A DNA stretch of 64,000 bases from an uncultured virus (IMG/VR IMGVR_UViG_3300024999_000087) (Duplodnaviria; Heunggongvirae; Uroviricota; Caudoviricetes). The position numbers were made by a program, and so were the translations under genes. The notes beneath the pieces were generated by a model, which worked only from the letters and a program-made list of their open reading frames with translations, was not told the DNA's origin and searched no databases. Of this stretch, positions 9,565 through 19,531 are shown in pieces. The stretch is from IMG/VR virus record IMGVR_UViG_3300024999_000087; one strand, 5' to 3'. Each line of letters opens with the position of its first letter. The stretch's first letter is position 1.

Positions 9565-9798
9565 TCAAAACGACCCCAACGGTAATTTTTGATGTAACAC
9601 CCTGGCCTGCCCAAAATGACCGGCGAGTTTCTGAGCGTCATTGGGGAACTTCAGCCTGAGAATTATCCGCCGCCCAGTGCTCTTGGAAAACCGCTCGGCC
9701 TGCTCGACATTCTCCCACGCTCTGACCGGGGGACTGATACCGCCAGCCTCAACGTACTTGCGGAGTTTGTTGCTGCTGCAAACGTGATAGACGACCAT
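9565..9798 (-). CDS. hypothetical protein, possible minimal ADP-ribosyltransferase/KptA-like fold
   Basis: N-terminal VYHVCS...YVEAGGI pattern and IILRL strand. Confidence 0.35.
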   Translation of the reverse strand: MVVYHVCSSNKLRKYVEAGGISPPVRAWENVEQAERFSKSTGRRIILRLKFPNDAQKLAGHFGQARVLHQKLPLGSF

Positions 9799-9831
9799 TA
9801 TACACCTAAATAGTTGATATTAACAGATAAA

Positions 9832-10215
9832 TCAAAAGGGCACATCCTCGCCAGTATCGTTTCCGCTAGGAGGATCGGGGAAGGTATTCTGCTCCTGCTG
9901 CTCGGACTTGGGACTGAGAAACTTCAGTTCCCGCACTGTAATTTCCGTCGAGTAACGATCCACCCCGTTGTTGTCCGTCCACTTCCGGGTATTCATCTCG
10001 CCCTGAATCAGCACCTTGCTCCCCTTGTGGAGATACGATACAGCCAGTTCCGCAGTCTTGGCCCAGGCCACGCACCGCACAAACTCCGTGACCTTCTTAT
10101 CCCCGTAGCCTGAATCGCAGCAGACGGTGAAATTTGCTACCTGTGTGCCGCTGGCGGTTGATCGTGATTCAGGGTCCGCCGCTAAATTGCCTATGCCAGT
10201 AAATTGATTGAACAT
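9832..10215 (-). CDS. ssb: Single-stranded DNA-binding protein
   Basis: IGNLAADPE...YLHKGSKVLIQG...RYSTEI and acidic EDVPF tail. Confidence 0.95.
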   Translation of the reverse strand: MFNQFTGIGNLAADPESRSTASGTQVANFTVCCDSGYGDKKVTEFVRCVAWAKTAELAVSYLHKGSKVLIQGEMNTRKWTDNNGVDRYSTEITVRELKFLSPKSEQQEQNTFPDPPSGNDTGEDVPF

Positions 10216-10841
10216 TATTCCACCTCTTCTTCAAAGTTTTCAAATTCAGTAACGCATTTCCAACACACCGCGCATCCATCCTCTTCCACATCACTTTCAA
10301 ACGTACTGTTCAGGCTTCCACATGCGGGGCATAGCCATTCCCTGACAACCCTGTACGTCACTATCATGGCTCCACCTCAGCAGGTATTACCTCAAGGATA
10401 TAGGACATCATACCCTCAACGCCATCACCCCCATCAATATCAACCCAGAACCCAGGTTCAAGCACCGTGGGATTCTCCCTTAATACCTCAACCACTTTGG
10501 CTGTGCCCACCCCATCGTCCTGATGCACACGTACCAATTGTCCTGCAACAATCTCAACTCCGTTCTTGTCCACCACTTTTTTCATACCTTCACCTCCCCC
10601 AACTCCATATCAAAGTTAGTCTTAGACAGGTCGAGCAACTCCTTGACATCCTGCTTGGACTTGTGGGCGAAGTGCAGCAGGTCTACCATCAACCCCAGAA
10701 CATCGGTATCGAGGGTGTTCAGGCTGAACCCATCCGTGCCCTTCGGTATCCACGCCGCCAGCGCCACCTTCGCCCGCTTGACCCGCTCCGCATTCGCCGC
10801 CTTGCGCCCAGTTGCTACGGTCCCCGGCATTGCGATAGTCA

Positions 10842-11447
10842 TCACGACACCTCTTGCAGTTTCGTGACGATGGTTCCAAGTTCCTCTGAAAACCTCACCA
10901 GTTCAGCTTTTAACGCAGCGTGGAACTTGGCATCAGGTTCGGCCTTGATCATCAGCGGTTTCATGCTTGGATAGTAGGAGACAAACCACCAGTATTCGCG
11001 CCCAGTGACGAACATGCTGCCCTGAACCTGCTGATAATATGTCGATGGAATTTTCCCGGTTAGGAGATAGTCAACCTGAGTAGCCAACTGAGGGCATTTG
11101 ATCTCAATCCCGCCGTTGTCACCAATCAACCCGTCAGGACTGCACCCCCATCGTCCATTATCCTCAATGCACAGTCCGACCTCCTGAACTTCTGCGTCAT
11201 GCAACATACAGAAGAGAAGCCTTGCCTCTGCCTCCATTTCGATTCCGCGTGACATCGCCGCTGACTGGTATGATTCTTCCTTGCTGCCGGTGATCTTCTC
11301 CCCTGCCAGTTGGTAGAGATATTTAGTCCGGCTCTTGCTTGGCTCCCCCTTGGTTGTGACTATCTCGGAAAACTTGCTTGCCGTCGGAAGACCGGCCCTA
11401 TACGACATCCATTCAGGTGATCCCTGATCGACGTTGATTATCTTCAT
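10842..11447 (-). CDS. YqaJ/lambda-exonuclease family protein
   Basis: QGSPEW..R.G..TAS, GCSPDGLI, IEIKCP, YYQQVQ. Confidence 0.92.
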   Translation of the reverse strand: MKIINVDQGSPEWMSYRAGLPTASKFSEIVTTKGEPSKSRTKYLYQLAGEKITGSKEESYQSAAMSRGIEMEAEARLLFCMLHDAEVQEVGLCIEDNGRWGCSPDGLIGDNGGIEIKCPQLATQVDYLLTGKIPSTYYQQVQGSMFVTGREYWWFVSYYPSMKPLMIKAEPDAKFHAALKAELVRFSEELGTIVTKLQEVS

Positions 11448-12409
11448 GCCTTGACCAGTGGTTTTTGCATGACAGCCGCCATGATAGTAGGAAGTTTGCC
11501 TTGAGGAATTTCACTCAACGCGCCGACTGCCGCTACCTTCTCGACGTACTCCATAAACTTTTCGAGGATGACCCCCCTTGCCCTCATTTCGGACTCTAAC
11601 ACGTCAAGCTGTTCGGATGTAACAGGGGCCATGTCGGAATTGCCATTTCCAGGGCCTACAATGCCACCTGGCGCGTCGTTCTGTGGATTCGGGTAGGGTG
11701 GCTTGGGTTCATCCGCTTTCGTCTCTGGGGCCACTCCTGCGTCCAAAAATGCGCCAAGTGCTTTTCCAGTGTCAACCGATGGAGTGAACCACTGTCCGAC
11801 AGGGAACAATCCGGTGCGGTCCTTGTCACCTTCGGCCTGATGCGATACGTCCATTTTGAGTACAGCAGTCATCTCATATTCAATTCCATCACGTTGCTGT
11901 GGGGCCATGCCGAGCTTTTTGACCTGCTGCTTACCGTTGCCGTCTGCCTCCTGCGTGTAGGATTGCTTGCTCCGCATGGTTGCGATGATGTGGCAGGGAG
12001 ATTTAAGCATGGCGTTCAGGAATGCTTCGTGGCGAGGATTACACTTCCCCCAGTTGATCCAGCTATTTCCCGGCATCTTATCGTGTATCTCAAGAATACC
12101 GCCTGTTCCAACCCACTCATGGCTCATGCTGTCGATGATGATGCAGTCGTACCCGCCCCTCTCTGCCATCTGAATCAGCGCAATGTATCGCTCCGGGGTG
12201 TACGGCTCATCGAGCGCGGCATGGTCGAATGGGGTTATATCTGAGTATAACTTTCCGCTGTCCTTCTCCGTGTCAATCAAAGCGATCTTCCCCTCTTCTC
12301 CGACCAGCCCCCGTGCGATGAGCAGGGATGATAGTGATTTACCGCTGCCGCTCGGTCCTTCGATTGCGAGGCGACATTTTAACTTCTCTTTCTTTGCTGG
12401 TTTGAACAT
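11444..12409 (-). CDS. Sak4-like AAA_24 ATPase recombinase
   Basis: GPSGSGKS, LIDTE, IIIDSMSHEW, QRDGIEYE, KDRT; next to exonuclease and SSB. Confidence 0.88.
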   Translation of the reverse strand: MFKPAKKEKLKCRLAIEGPSGSGKSLSSLLIARGLVGEEGKIALIDTEKDSGKLYSDITPFDHAALDEPYTPERYIALIQMAERGGYDCIIIDSMSHEWVGTGGILEIHDKMPGNSWINWGKCNPRHEAFLNAMLKSPCHIIATMRSKQSYTQEADGNGKQQVKKLGMAPQQRDGIEYEMTAVLKMDVSHQAEGDKDRTGLFPVGQWFTPSVDTGKALGAFLDAGVAPETKADEPKPPYPNPQNDAPGGIVGPGNGNSDMAPVTSEQLDVLESEMRARGVILEKFMEYVEKVAAVGALSEIPQGKLPTIMAAVMQKPLVKA

Positions 12410-12771
12410 TATTTCTCTCCATTGTTATCATCTGGCACATACTCAACCAGTTCTAAATCCCATCCGTCTACTATCCCAGATTCCCAATCCGTTGTTACAT
12501 TGCACATTCCAAGGGTGTACAGTTTCTGGTCTTCAACTTTATCCATACCCAATATCGGCCAGTCCTTATTTACTTCAGAGAGGGTATCATTTTCCCACCC
12601 GCAATATTTACAGCCTGGGCAGGACAACTTTTTAAGTTTGTTCAACTTTACTGTTTGGGCAAAGCCTCTTGCGGTAAGATAAAACGACACACTTGCTCGA
12701 TAGACTGTGCCGAGGCATTGCTCTTCGGCTGGCTCCACATCGAGCAACAGGTCATCAAGTAGATCCATCAT
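12409..12771 (-). CDS. hypothetical protein
   Basis: Operon packing; SCPGCKYC motif. Confidence 0.55.
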   Translation of the reverse strand: MMDLLDDLLLDVEPAEEQCLGTVYRASVSFYLTARGFAQTVKLNKLKKLSCPGCKYCGWENDTLSEVNKDWPILGMDKVEDQKLYTLGMCNVTTDWESGIVDGWDLELVEYVPDDNNGEK

Positions 12772-13022
12772 TTCCTCCGGGCCAGTAAGTTGACCACCTT
12801 CTCAATAGTTTGGGCGAGATATGCCCCTTCGTTCATCGTGTTATTGTGGATTGAATTTCGGCCGGTTCGGTGATGCTCAGGGCAGAGCGGAACTACTAGC
12901 CAGTTACTCGCCCGTTGCGCCATTCCCGCGAATTGCCGGATATGGTGGATCTCAGCCGGCCCGCCGCAGACCATGCAACCTAGCGATGCTACAGCGTTTA
13001 GATATTGCTTTTCCGTTACCAT
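12768..13022 (-). CDS. Ref/DUF968-like small HNH-fold nuclease
   Basis: LGCMVCG..AEIHHIR...VVPLCPEHHR. Confidence 0.8.
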   Translation of the reverse strand: MVTEKQYLNAVASLGCMVCGGPAEIHHIRQFAGMAQRASNWLVVPLCPEHHRTGRNSIHNNTMNEGAYLAQTIEKVVNLLARRK

Positions 13023-13250
13023 ATTTGCTCCGTGGGCATCCCAAAGCCCGGATTGACCAGCCGATATGTCCTGTAATTCTTGTACGGCATATCGTTCCAG
13101 CTTGCCCCCTTTCCCACATGCCCCTTGAACGCCGTCCTGATATGCTGTAGCGTCTCTTCCAGCGTTACGTGGGGCAATGCCTGCACTCGGTAGTAATTAC
13201 GCCAGAAGTGCGCCCACCGCCTACGCTCAACTTCATCGTCGAACTTGCGC

Positions 13251-13436
13251 TCATTCATCTATCTTCCCCCTGAGTACTGCAATTCCCCGGTCGGCTGCGT
13301 AAAGTTCATTACGCAATGTGTTTGCGAGGCGGACATAGTAGGAATTGCCCTGTGGCTCGCAGAGTATGTTTTTAAGTGTGGTGTATATTGCTGCTCGTTT
13401 ATCCAGCAGATATTTCAAATCGTCTGCGTCTGTCAT
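13251..13436 (-). CDS. 61-aa hypothetical protein (tandem paralog B)
   Basis: MTDADDLKYLL..., similar to 13456-13641. Confidence 0.6.
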   Translation of the reverse strand: MTDADDLKYLLDKRAAIYTTLKNILCEPQGNSYYVRLANTLRNELYAADRGIAVLRGKIDE

Positions 13437-13455
13437 TTGTCTCTCCCCTCTCTCT

Positions 13456-13641
13456 TCATCCATCTATCTTCTCTCGGAGTGCTAAAATCAGCCTGTCGAT
13501 GACGGCAATGTTTTCGCGGAGGGTTTCGGCCTCGGACACGTTGTAATTATTGGTTCTGGGCGCGTAGAGGTAGTCGAGTAGGGTTGTTTGCATTGCTCCG
13601 CGCCTTCGTAACAGGTATTCCAGTTCGTCTGCGTCTGTCAT
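13456..13641 (-). CDS. 61-aa hypothetical protein (tandem paralog A)
   Basis: MTDADELEYLL..., similar to 13251-13436. Confidence 0.6.
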   Translation of the reverse strand: MTDADELEYLLRRRGAMQTTLLDYLYAPRTNNYNVSEAETLRENIAVIDRLILALREKIDG

Positions 13642-13849
13642 CGCTAAACCTCCCCACTCAAAAATCTGATATACCATGGCGGTTCAGTTGTTATTGTCCC
13701 ATCGCTTTTCTCAACGACAGCAACAGTGTAATTACCAGGACCTGATTCAAGCTCTTCGTAATTAACACCCCAACAGTGGAACAATCCTTCATAGTCGTCT
13801 ACCCACTTAAAATGAATATGGGCGGTATCAAATTTCTTCTTCATCACCA

Positions 13850-14362
13850 TTACTTTCCGCATTTCATCCCCCCCTTGATCCCCATTGCTTCGTAGTATGC
13901 GTCTTCGGCCTTGGGCAGAACTATTCCCAACCCCTGAGGCAGGTTGTCAATCTCGTTCAGGTACTCGCGCATGTTGGTGATGCTGGCATCCATTATCGAC
14001 ACACTTGCCAGGATTGATTGATATAGGCCATCGTACAGGTCTGGTCGCGCATCTTTGACGATCAGCAAGTTTTTCCAGCCGTCCATGAGGGTGTAATGAT
14101 TGTGGTTGTCGAAGTCCCCAAGGAAGATGTTCAGGAGAAACCGCTCCTTGAGTATCAGGTGCTGCTCGTCCTTCGTATATCCCAGTTCCCCGCCGATGAT
14201 GCCGACCCATGTGAAATAAATCCGTCGCTGTTTATCGGATAGCGTCTCGTCATACTTCTTGACCGTGACAGATAGTTTGCCGTCTTTGTCCAGCATGGCC
14301 GCGCAGACGTTGCTGACGATTGATATGTCCTGCTGTGTTTGTACTGTGATTGTGCGGGCCAT
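13850..14362 (-). CDS. NinB-like recombination protein
   Basis: S.KQRRIYFTWVGIIGGELGYTKDEQHLILKERFL; S...M.EYLNEI. Confidence 0.7.
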   Translation of the reverse strand: MARTITVQTQQDISIVSNVCAAMLDKDGKLSVTVKKYDETLSDKQRRIYFTWVGIIGGELGYTKDEQHLILKERFLLNIFLGDFDNHNHYTLMDGWKNLLIVKDARPDLYDGLYQSILASVSIMDASITNMREYLNEIDNLPQGLGIVLPKAEDAYYEAMGIKGGMKCGK

Positions 14363-14365
14363 CGG

Positions 14366-14785
14366 CTACTCCAACTCTTCCTGGGTTGGTCTGCGCCATA
14401 CTGACCAACCTGTCCATTCACCGCTAGATGCCCACTTATCCGTCCCGTTTGCGTAGCACTTTAAACAACCAAGTCCAGTTAGCACCCCGCAAGAATACGC
14501 TCGTTCTCCACCCGGACCCACTATCACCTTCTCCCCGTCGGAGGGGATGTCGACGTACTTTACGAGTTTTCCGTTGATTATTTGGTGGAGGGAATCGGCT
14601 GGGGTGCCGAGGTCTGGAATTGTTAATATCTTCTGTGCTTGTTCCAACTCCCTATTGTCTACGAACCAATATCCAGCATCCGTCTTGTATCTTGGCATAT
14701 CTTCATAAAACCAGACTGTTCCGTTCTTATCGCTCGCCGCCCACTCCCACCGTGCATCAATCTTCAACTCTATCGGTTCGCTCAT
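14366..14785 (-). CDS. hypothetical phage protein
   Basis: WEWAASDKNGTVWFYE..P pattern common in phage early genes. Confidence 0.55.
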   Translation of the reverse strand: MSEPIELKIDARWEWAASDKNGTVWFYEDMPRYKTDAGYWFVDNRELEQAQKILTIPDLGTPADSLHQIINGKLVKYVDIPSDGEKVIVGPGGERAYSCGVLTGLGCLKCYANGTDKWASSGEWTGWSVWRRPTQEELE

Positions 14786-15117
14786 TCCATCACCTCATTA
14801 GATTGTTCATGCCATATTACAGGTTTTCTCCCCTTGCCCATCACAAGCCAAGATGAGGTTTGGGAAATCTTTGCCAGCAATAGCCAGGCATTTTTCTTGG
14901 CATTAGTCCGAGCTTGCGAAACGAAAGCCGGGATATTGATCATTTTTGTATTCTTGACTTCTACCGATACCACCCGCCCGTCCGGGGATTGGCAAACTAG
15001 GTCATCCGTGCTCAGTCCAGCGGTCGTGTCGGCCAGTATCGTCCAGTCGCGCCCGGTGAGCAGGTTCTTCGCCGCACGTTCGCCGCGTTTCCCTTTGTTC
15101 CGAGATTGTTTACCCAT
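14782..15117 (-). CDS. Holliday-junction resolvase (PD-(D/E)XK)
   Basis: SRNKGKRGER...DLV...VEVKN. Confidence 0.8.
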   Translation of the reverse strand: MGKQSRNKGKRGERAAKNLLTGRDWTILADTTAGLSTDDLVCQSPDGRVVSVEVKNTKMINIPAFVSQARTNAKKNAWLLLAKISQTSSWLVMGKGRKPVIWHEQSNEVME

Positions 15118-15658
15118 TGATAACCCTCTTCAATGCTCCACCACCCCCTTGTATAAACTGCTTGGCACTGGAGTGAATATCGCAGTCTTGAAAACCGAGG
15201 CATTGTTCCGCTGCGTAACGGTGATAGGCGGCTTCGAGAATATCTTCAAAATAGCCAAGATGTTTATCCTGCCGGTCCACTGCGATACGAGCCTTCCATT
15301 TGCCAGCATCCTTGTTCCAATAAACCCCCTTTACCCCAGAAGTATTGTCACCCCTCATGCCGCAATTCCTATTTTGACATTGCTGCGTAGCCTCGCGCAG
15401 GTTAATACGCCGGTTGTCGGACCTGATTCGGTTTTTGTGATCTACCGTGTTTCCAGGCATATACCCATCGGTGTATAAGATCGCCAAGCGATGGGCCTTG
15501 TAATTCTTGCCATCTATCCTTATCGCGATATACCCACCATCATCAACACCACCAGCCACACCCCCCTCAGCCCGAGTCCCGATAGATATCTTCCAGTTAA
15601 ACACCCCAGTGTCAGGGTTGTAGTCCAACACCTCTCTTAATCTTCCCTGCGTCAGCAT
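15110..15658 (-). CDS. HNH homing endonuclease (copy 2)
   Basis: AHRLAILYTDGYMP..VDHKNRIRSDNRRINLRE; paralog of 4865-5392. Confidence 0.92.
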   Translation of the reverse strand: MLTQGRLREVLDYNPDTGVFNWKISIGTRAEGGVAGGVDDGGYIAIRIDGKNYKAHRLAILYTDGYMPGNTVDHKNRIRSDNRRINLREATQQCQNRNCGMRGDNTSGVKGVYWNKDAGKWKARIAVDRQDKHLGYFEDILEAAYHRYAAEQCLGFQDCDIHSSAKQFIQGGGGALKRVING

Positions 15659-16467
15659 TGTACGGCCCTCGTCAGTTCCCCGATTGCGATGTACAAATAC
15701 TGGTCGATTAACTCCAAGTGCCGCTCGTAGTTCTCAACACAGTTCAGGGGCTTGTCAGGTACTCGTTTCGGGTTAGACTGGTTGGCCCCCTGGAGATGGG
15801 AAATTGTTCGTTTGATCGTCTCGACAAGTTCAGCGTTGCGCTGTGCGTCGGTCTTGACCTTCACCGTGCCTTCTTCCAACCCCAGGCAATGGATGCAGAC
15901 TGTTCTGCCGTCTGTTAAGATATACATCAATGAATCACTCCAGTCGTTGTTGCAAACTGAACACCTTGAAATTCCCATGTTATGCTCCAAGGACGTTTTC
16001 ACATCCGCCTGAGTGATAGATATGATCATAGATTCCAACCGGAGTGACCTTGTTCATGTTGTAGTCACGTGGTTTAGTTCCAAGTTTCCGCCATTCAGCA
16101 TTGCCGGAATCATCTGCGGTACACTCTTTATGCAATGGCTCCCAAATACGCTGCGAGTGCCACCCAAACCGCTCGACCCTGCCGCGCAGACCGTCTTTGC
16201 TAACTCCGATAATCTTCGCAAGTTGAGCTACGGTGTAGTAGCCTGCATCGGTGCTCACCAGGATTAAGCGTCCCGTGCCGTCGTCCTTGTTCGCCATTGT
16301 TGTGTTGATAACTTTCGTTGGGATCATGCCAGAACCTCCTTGATTCTGCTGATGTTACGCTCAAACATCGTGTTATTCGGAAGGGTCCGCAGAATCAGAA
16401 TGCGGACATGCTTCGTAAATCCACCTCTCTTCTTATCGCTGCGCCTTGCCTTCTTCATTGCACTCTC

Positions 16468-17304
16468 CTATTTATTTGCTTTACGCCGGTCGATATGTGC
16501 CTTATGGAGTTTTTTTATTGCCGCCTCTGACGAGTTGGGGATTGATAAAAATGGCGAGCAATCTATAGACTCATCGCTCATCATCAGATCAGACAACCGA
16601 TGTACTAGCGACCAATCTATCTCAACCCCGTCCTTGACTTTTTTGTCGAAAATAATGATAGGTTGTTTTTTACAGGACAAATACCCCGGACACTTGTCAG
16701 TTGCGTTCCCGTAGCCGGTGTTCCCGTAGCCGGTGTTCCCGTTGCCGGTGTTCCAGTCGCCGGTGTTCCCGTTGCCGGTGTTCCAGTTGCCGGTGTTCCT
16801 GTTGCCGGTGTTCCCGTTGCCGGTGTTCCTGTTGCCGGTGTTCCCGTAGCCGGTGTTCCCGTTGCCGGTGTTCCAGTCGCCGGTGTTCCCGTTGCCGGTG
16901 TTCCAGTTGCCGGTGTTCCCGTTGCCGGTGTTCCTGTTGCCGGTGTTCCCGTAGCCGGTGTTCCTGTCGCCGGTGTTCCCGTAGCCGGTGTTCCTGTCGC
17001 CGGTGTTCCTGCCGCCGGTGAATAAAATCTCTTCGATAAGGCGAATTTCCATAGCAACATGCTTCAAGTCTGCGCCTGGTCCTTCGCCCTTTATTACCCC
17101 CCGCGCCTCAACCTTGAAAATCCGCGTACCTTCGTTGCTGTAAAACGACCACGGGCCGGAGGGATACTCGCAGAAATGGAACCCGCTTTCACACATTGCG
17201 ATTTCGCCATTGTGTTTGTGCCATACACCCAACTCAAATTGGAACCCACGGCATTGCATGTTCTTGTCGGTTGCCTTGAAACCTTTTACTATTACGTCGG
17301 TCAT
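16468..17304 (-). CDS. DUF7666-like protein with NTGxx pentapeptide repeats
   Basis: KGFKATDKNMQCRGFQFE..C.SGFHFC N-terminus followed by ~21 NTGxx units. Confidence 0.8.
   Translation of the reverse strand: MTDVIVKGFKATDKNMQCRGFQFELGVWHKHNGEIAMCESGFHFCEYPSGPWSFYSNEGTRIFKVEARGVIKGEGPGADLKHVAMEIRLIEEILFTGGRNTGDRNTGYGNTGDRNTGYGNTGNRNTGNGNTGNWNTGNGNTGDWNTGNGNTGYGNTGNRNTGNGNTGNRNTGNWNTGNGNTGDWNTGNGNTGYGNTGYGNATDKCPGYLSCKKQPIIIFDKKVKDGVEIDWSLVHRLSDLMMSDESIDCSPFLSIPNSSEAAIKKLHKAHIDRRKANK
16705..17019. repeat. 15-bp tandem repeat x21 (GTTCCNGTNGCCGGT)
   Basis: Read directly; nearly all variation at two positions per unit. Confidence 0.97.
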
Positions 17305-17423
17305 TTCACTCTCCTAATGCTAATTCGGTTTGGGTTGGTGGCAGATGGTTGGCTAACTGCACCATTGCTGCGGGGATGCAGATTGCGAGACATGCCAGGA
17401 TGGTCAGGTAAATGGCGAATGCT

Positions 17424-17714
17424 CTAAGATTCATCTTCGCTCTCCCGCTCAGCCAGCGTAGCAATCGCCCCGGCTTTCGGACTGGTGATGAACTTGTTGA
17501 CATCCTTCAGCGCTGCCAGAACTTCGGGGAGGGTTTCACACACCCCAAGCGACCTGTCTATAATCGCGTTGCATACTCCCTCAAGCCCTGTGTAGTAGGT
17601 CTGACTCTCGCGGATGACCCTCTCTCCGTCCTTGTTCGCACCGGCCTTCTTCTCGGTTAGTGTCCAGCCGTAGGTGTCCCGTTCTGCTGAAAATCTGTCG
17701 TTGAATTTGATCAT
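17424..17714 (-). CDS. hypothetical phage protein
   Basis: Operon packing after excisionase. Confidence 0.55.
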   Translation of the reverse strand: MIKFNDRFSAERDTYGWTLTEKKAGANKDGERVIRESQTYYTGLEGVCNAIIDRSLGVCETLPEVLAALKDVNKFITSPKAGAIATLAERESEDES

Positions 17715-17962
17715 TATGCCCTCCGAAGTTTTTCTGCTGATTTACGACCCGCGTCGAGGTCGGCTACGTTGATCTCCGAATAGTCCCGGTTGGCATTGCG
17801 TTCGTTAAGCCATGCAGAGATTGCGGCCTTGCTGAACTTGTACGACCTTGGGCCTAATTTGGTGTACGGCAGCCCTCCGTCCTCCATGAACTTCCTGAGT
17901 GTCGGATAGGACGACTTGATGTAAAGCTCGCACTCCTTGATGCTTCCGATGACATCGTTCAT
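17714..17962 (-). CDS. Excisionase-like HTH_17 protein
   Basis: SYPTLRKF...GLPYTKLG..YKFSKAAISAWL; GGAGG RBS; near integrase. Confidence 0.75.
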   Translation of the reverse strand: MNDVIGSIKECELYIKSSYPTLRKFMEDGGLPYTKLGPRSYKFSKAAISAWLNERNANRDYSEINVADLDAGRKSAEKLRRA

Positions 17963-17971
17963 GGTGCCCTC

Positions 17972-18163
17972 CTAGTTGTTGCGGATGTACTGAGCAACCG
18001 CTTTGCGCCGCTTCTCTTTTGGCCCAAGGAAGACCTTGTACGATCTGCCGACAGTCTCAGCCATCCTACGCGCAAGGTCATCGGATGGCCTCTCACCCTT
18101 GAAAATCTGGCACAGCCATTGAGGCGTGATACCATGCTTCTCTGCGAAATTTTTGTACGTCAT
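17972..18163 (-). CDS. Cro-like HTH regulator
   Basis: FAEKHGITPQWLCQIFKGERPS; divergent from repressor. Confidence 0.8.
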   Translation of the reverse strand: MTYKNFAEKHGITPQWLCQIFKGERPSDDLARRMAETVGRSYKVFLGPKEKRRKAVAQYIRNN

Positions 18164-18214
18164 ATACCCCCCATTGTTAAACTAATTATCAAGCAACACG
18201 CTTTAATGTTTCGC

Positions 18215-18413
18215 ACATTAGCACCACTCGTTAATCGCCGCAACACTTTTTTGCAATAATTCCAAGTCACTTTAAGATTCACTTTAATGCCGTTGTGTAA
18301 AATATCGTAATAACTAATAATGTTTCTAGCATAAAAAATCATTTGACTTTAATAATATTAACCCGTACTGTTTAATTATAACCAGTTGACACTGGCCGGA
18401 TGTGGTATATATT
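18215..18413. promoter_or_regulatory. Divergent lysis/lysogeny control region
   Basis: Minus TTGCGG-17-TAATGT (18243-18215); plus TTGACT-17-TACTGT (18343-18371) and TTGACA-16-TATATT (18386-18413); AT-rich with repeated CTTTAA. Confidence 0.6.
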
Positions 18414-18469
18414 GGTCCAGATTTTATTTAATCCAATGAAACCAAAGGGGGCCTCTGGGAGGGGGAGAT

Positions 18470-19531
18470 ATGAGAAAGGAAGACAGGCTGGATTTTTTGA
18501 AGGGATTAAAAAAGAAGATGGCGGAAATGGAACTGAATCAGGTGAATTTTGCCAATTTGGTTGGGGTGTCGGCGGTTACCGTGTCGAGATGGTTTTCACC
18601 CAACACTGAAGATTTTCCCAGCGATGAGTCCCTAGAGAAAGTATGTTCAGCTTTAGGGATGACCGAGGATGATATCATTGCCATAGTCAATCCGCCCAAA
18701 CAGGTCAGGACAAAACCACCTACAGTGGTGTCAATCCCATCCGACTACATGGCAGTTGATGACGTTGTGCAAACCCTATCTACAGTATCAGCCTCATTTA
18801 TCAAGGCCGACGCTCGATTAAAGTTTTGGGGGCAACTAATTGAGGCATTACCAATGCCAGTGATGGTGGTCCGGGACGGAATTATTTACGTGCAGAACAG
18901 AGCCAGCAGAGCCATATGGATAGGAATAGGGAAACCACTACGCGAGTCATGCCATGACCCACGGTGCAAGGAAGTGGGTCATTGTGACATTGAAGTGGCA
19001 CTAGACAGCAGCCGGGATATTGAGAGATACAAAAAATTAGGAGATGATTATTATAAGGTTGTTACTGGTCATTTCAGCGCGAATAATCATAACTACAACG
19101 TGGTGGTGATAACAGAAATCAATGAATGTTATGTTAATTCTGAAAGACTAGCCACCATCCAGGAAGAAAGAAATTTCCTATCAAATAATTTATTCGAAAC
19201 CCCGGAATGTTATTTTAATACACATGGCAAGGTCAGTTACGTAAACAAATCGTTTATGAAGTTATTTGAAATTGATAAGAAAGATATACAGACATCGGAC
19301 GATTTACACATTATGTTAAGCAGAAAATTATTCTATCTCGGCCATGTCTCAAAAGCGATTGATGATGCCAGAGATAACGGAAAGCCTATTGAGGTGCAAG
19401 CCAAGTTGAAAAACAACAAGACGATTAATTTTATATTAACGCCGCATGTAGTAGACGGAGTATCACGCGGGGTGTTGGTCGTGTGCTTAACGGCGGAACT
19501 GTACGCATGTCTGAAGGAGGCGAATCTATGA
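18470..19531 (+). CDS. CI-position XRE repressor with two C-terminal PAS-like domains
   Basis: HTH (LNQVNFANLVGVSAVTVSRWF); PAS-like LIEALPMPVMVVRDGIIYVQNRA and FNTHGKVSYVNKSFMKLF; no S24 peptidase motif seen. Confidence 0.75.
   Translation: MRKEDRLDFLKGLKKKMAEMELNQVNFANLVGVSAVTVSRWFSPNTEDFPSDESLEKVCSALGMTEDDIIAIVNPPKQVRTKPPTVVSIPSDYMAVDDVVQTLSTVSASFIKADARLKFWGQLIEALPMPVMVVRDGIIYVQNRASRAIWIGIGKPLRESCHDPRCKEVGHCDIEVALDSSRDIERYKKLGDDYYKVVTGHFSANNHNYNVVVITEINECYVNSERLATIQEERNFLSNNLFETPECYFNTHGKVSYVNKSFMKLFEIDKKDIQTSDDLHIMLSRKLFYLGHVSKAIDDARDNGKPIEVQAKLKNNKTINFILTPHVVDGVSRGVLVVCLTAELYACLKEANL

Noticed and set aside
304..15478. Long plus-strand ORFs such as 304-951, 10204-10974 and 14639-15478
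   Set aside because: Antisense shadows of tightly packed minus-strand genes; no RBS or motifs.
16617..17060. (TPATG)n, (VPVAG)n and Cys/Arg-rich ORFs; possible CRISPR array or DGR variable region
   Set aside because: Shadow frames of the 15-bp repeat; the NTGxx frame joins recognisable N- and C-terminal domains. No spacers, cas genes, reverse transcriptase or template repeat.
18396..18416. NrdR-like box at the repressor promoter
   Set aside because: Too many mismatches and no partner at ~32 bp; explained by the -10 element.
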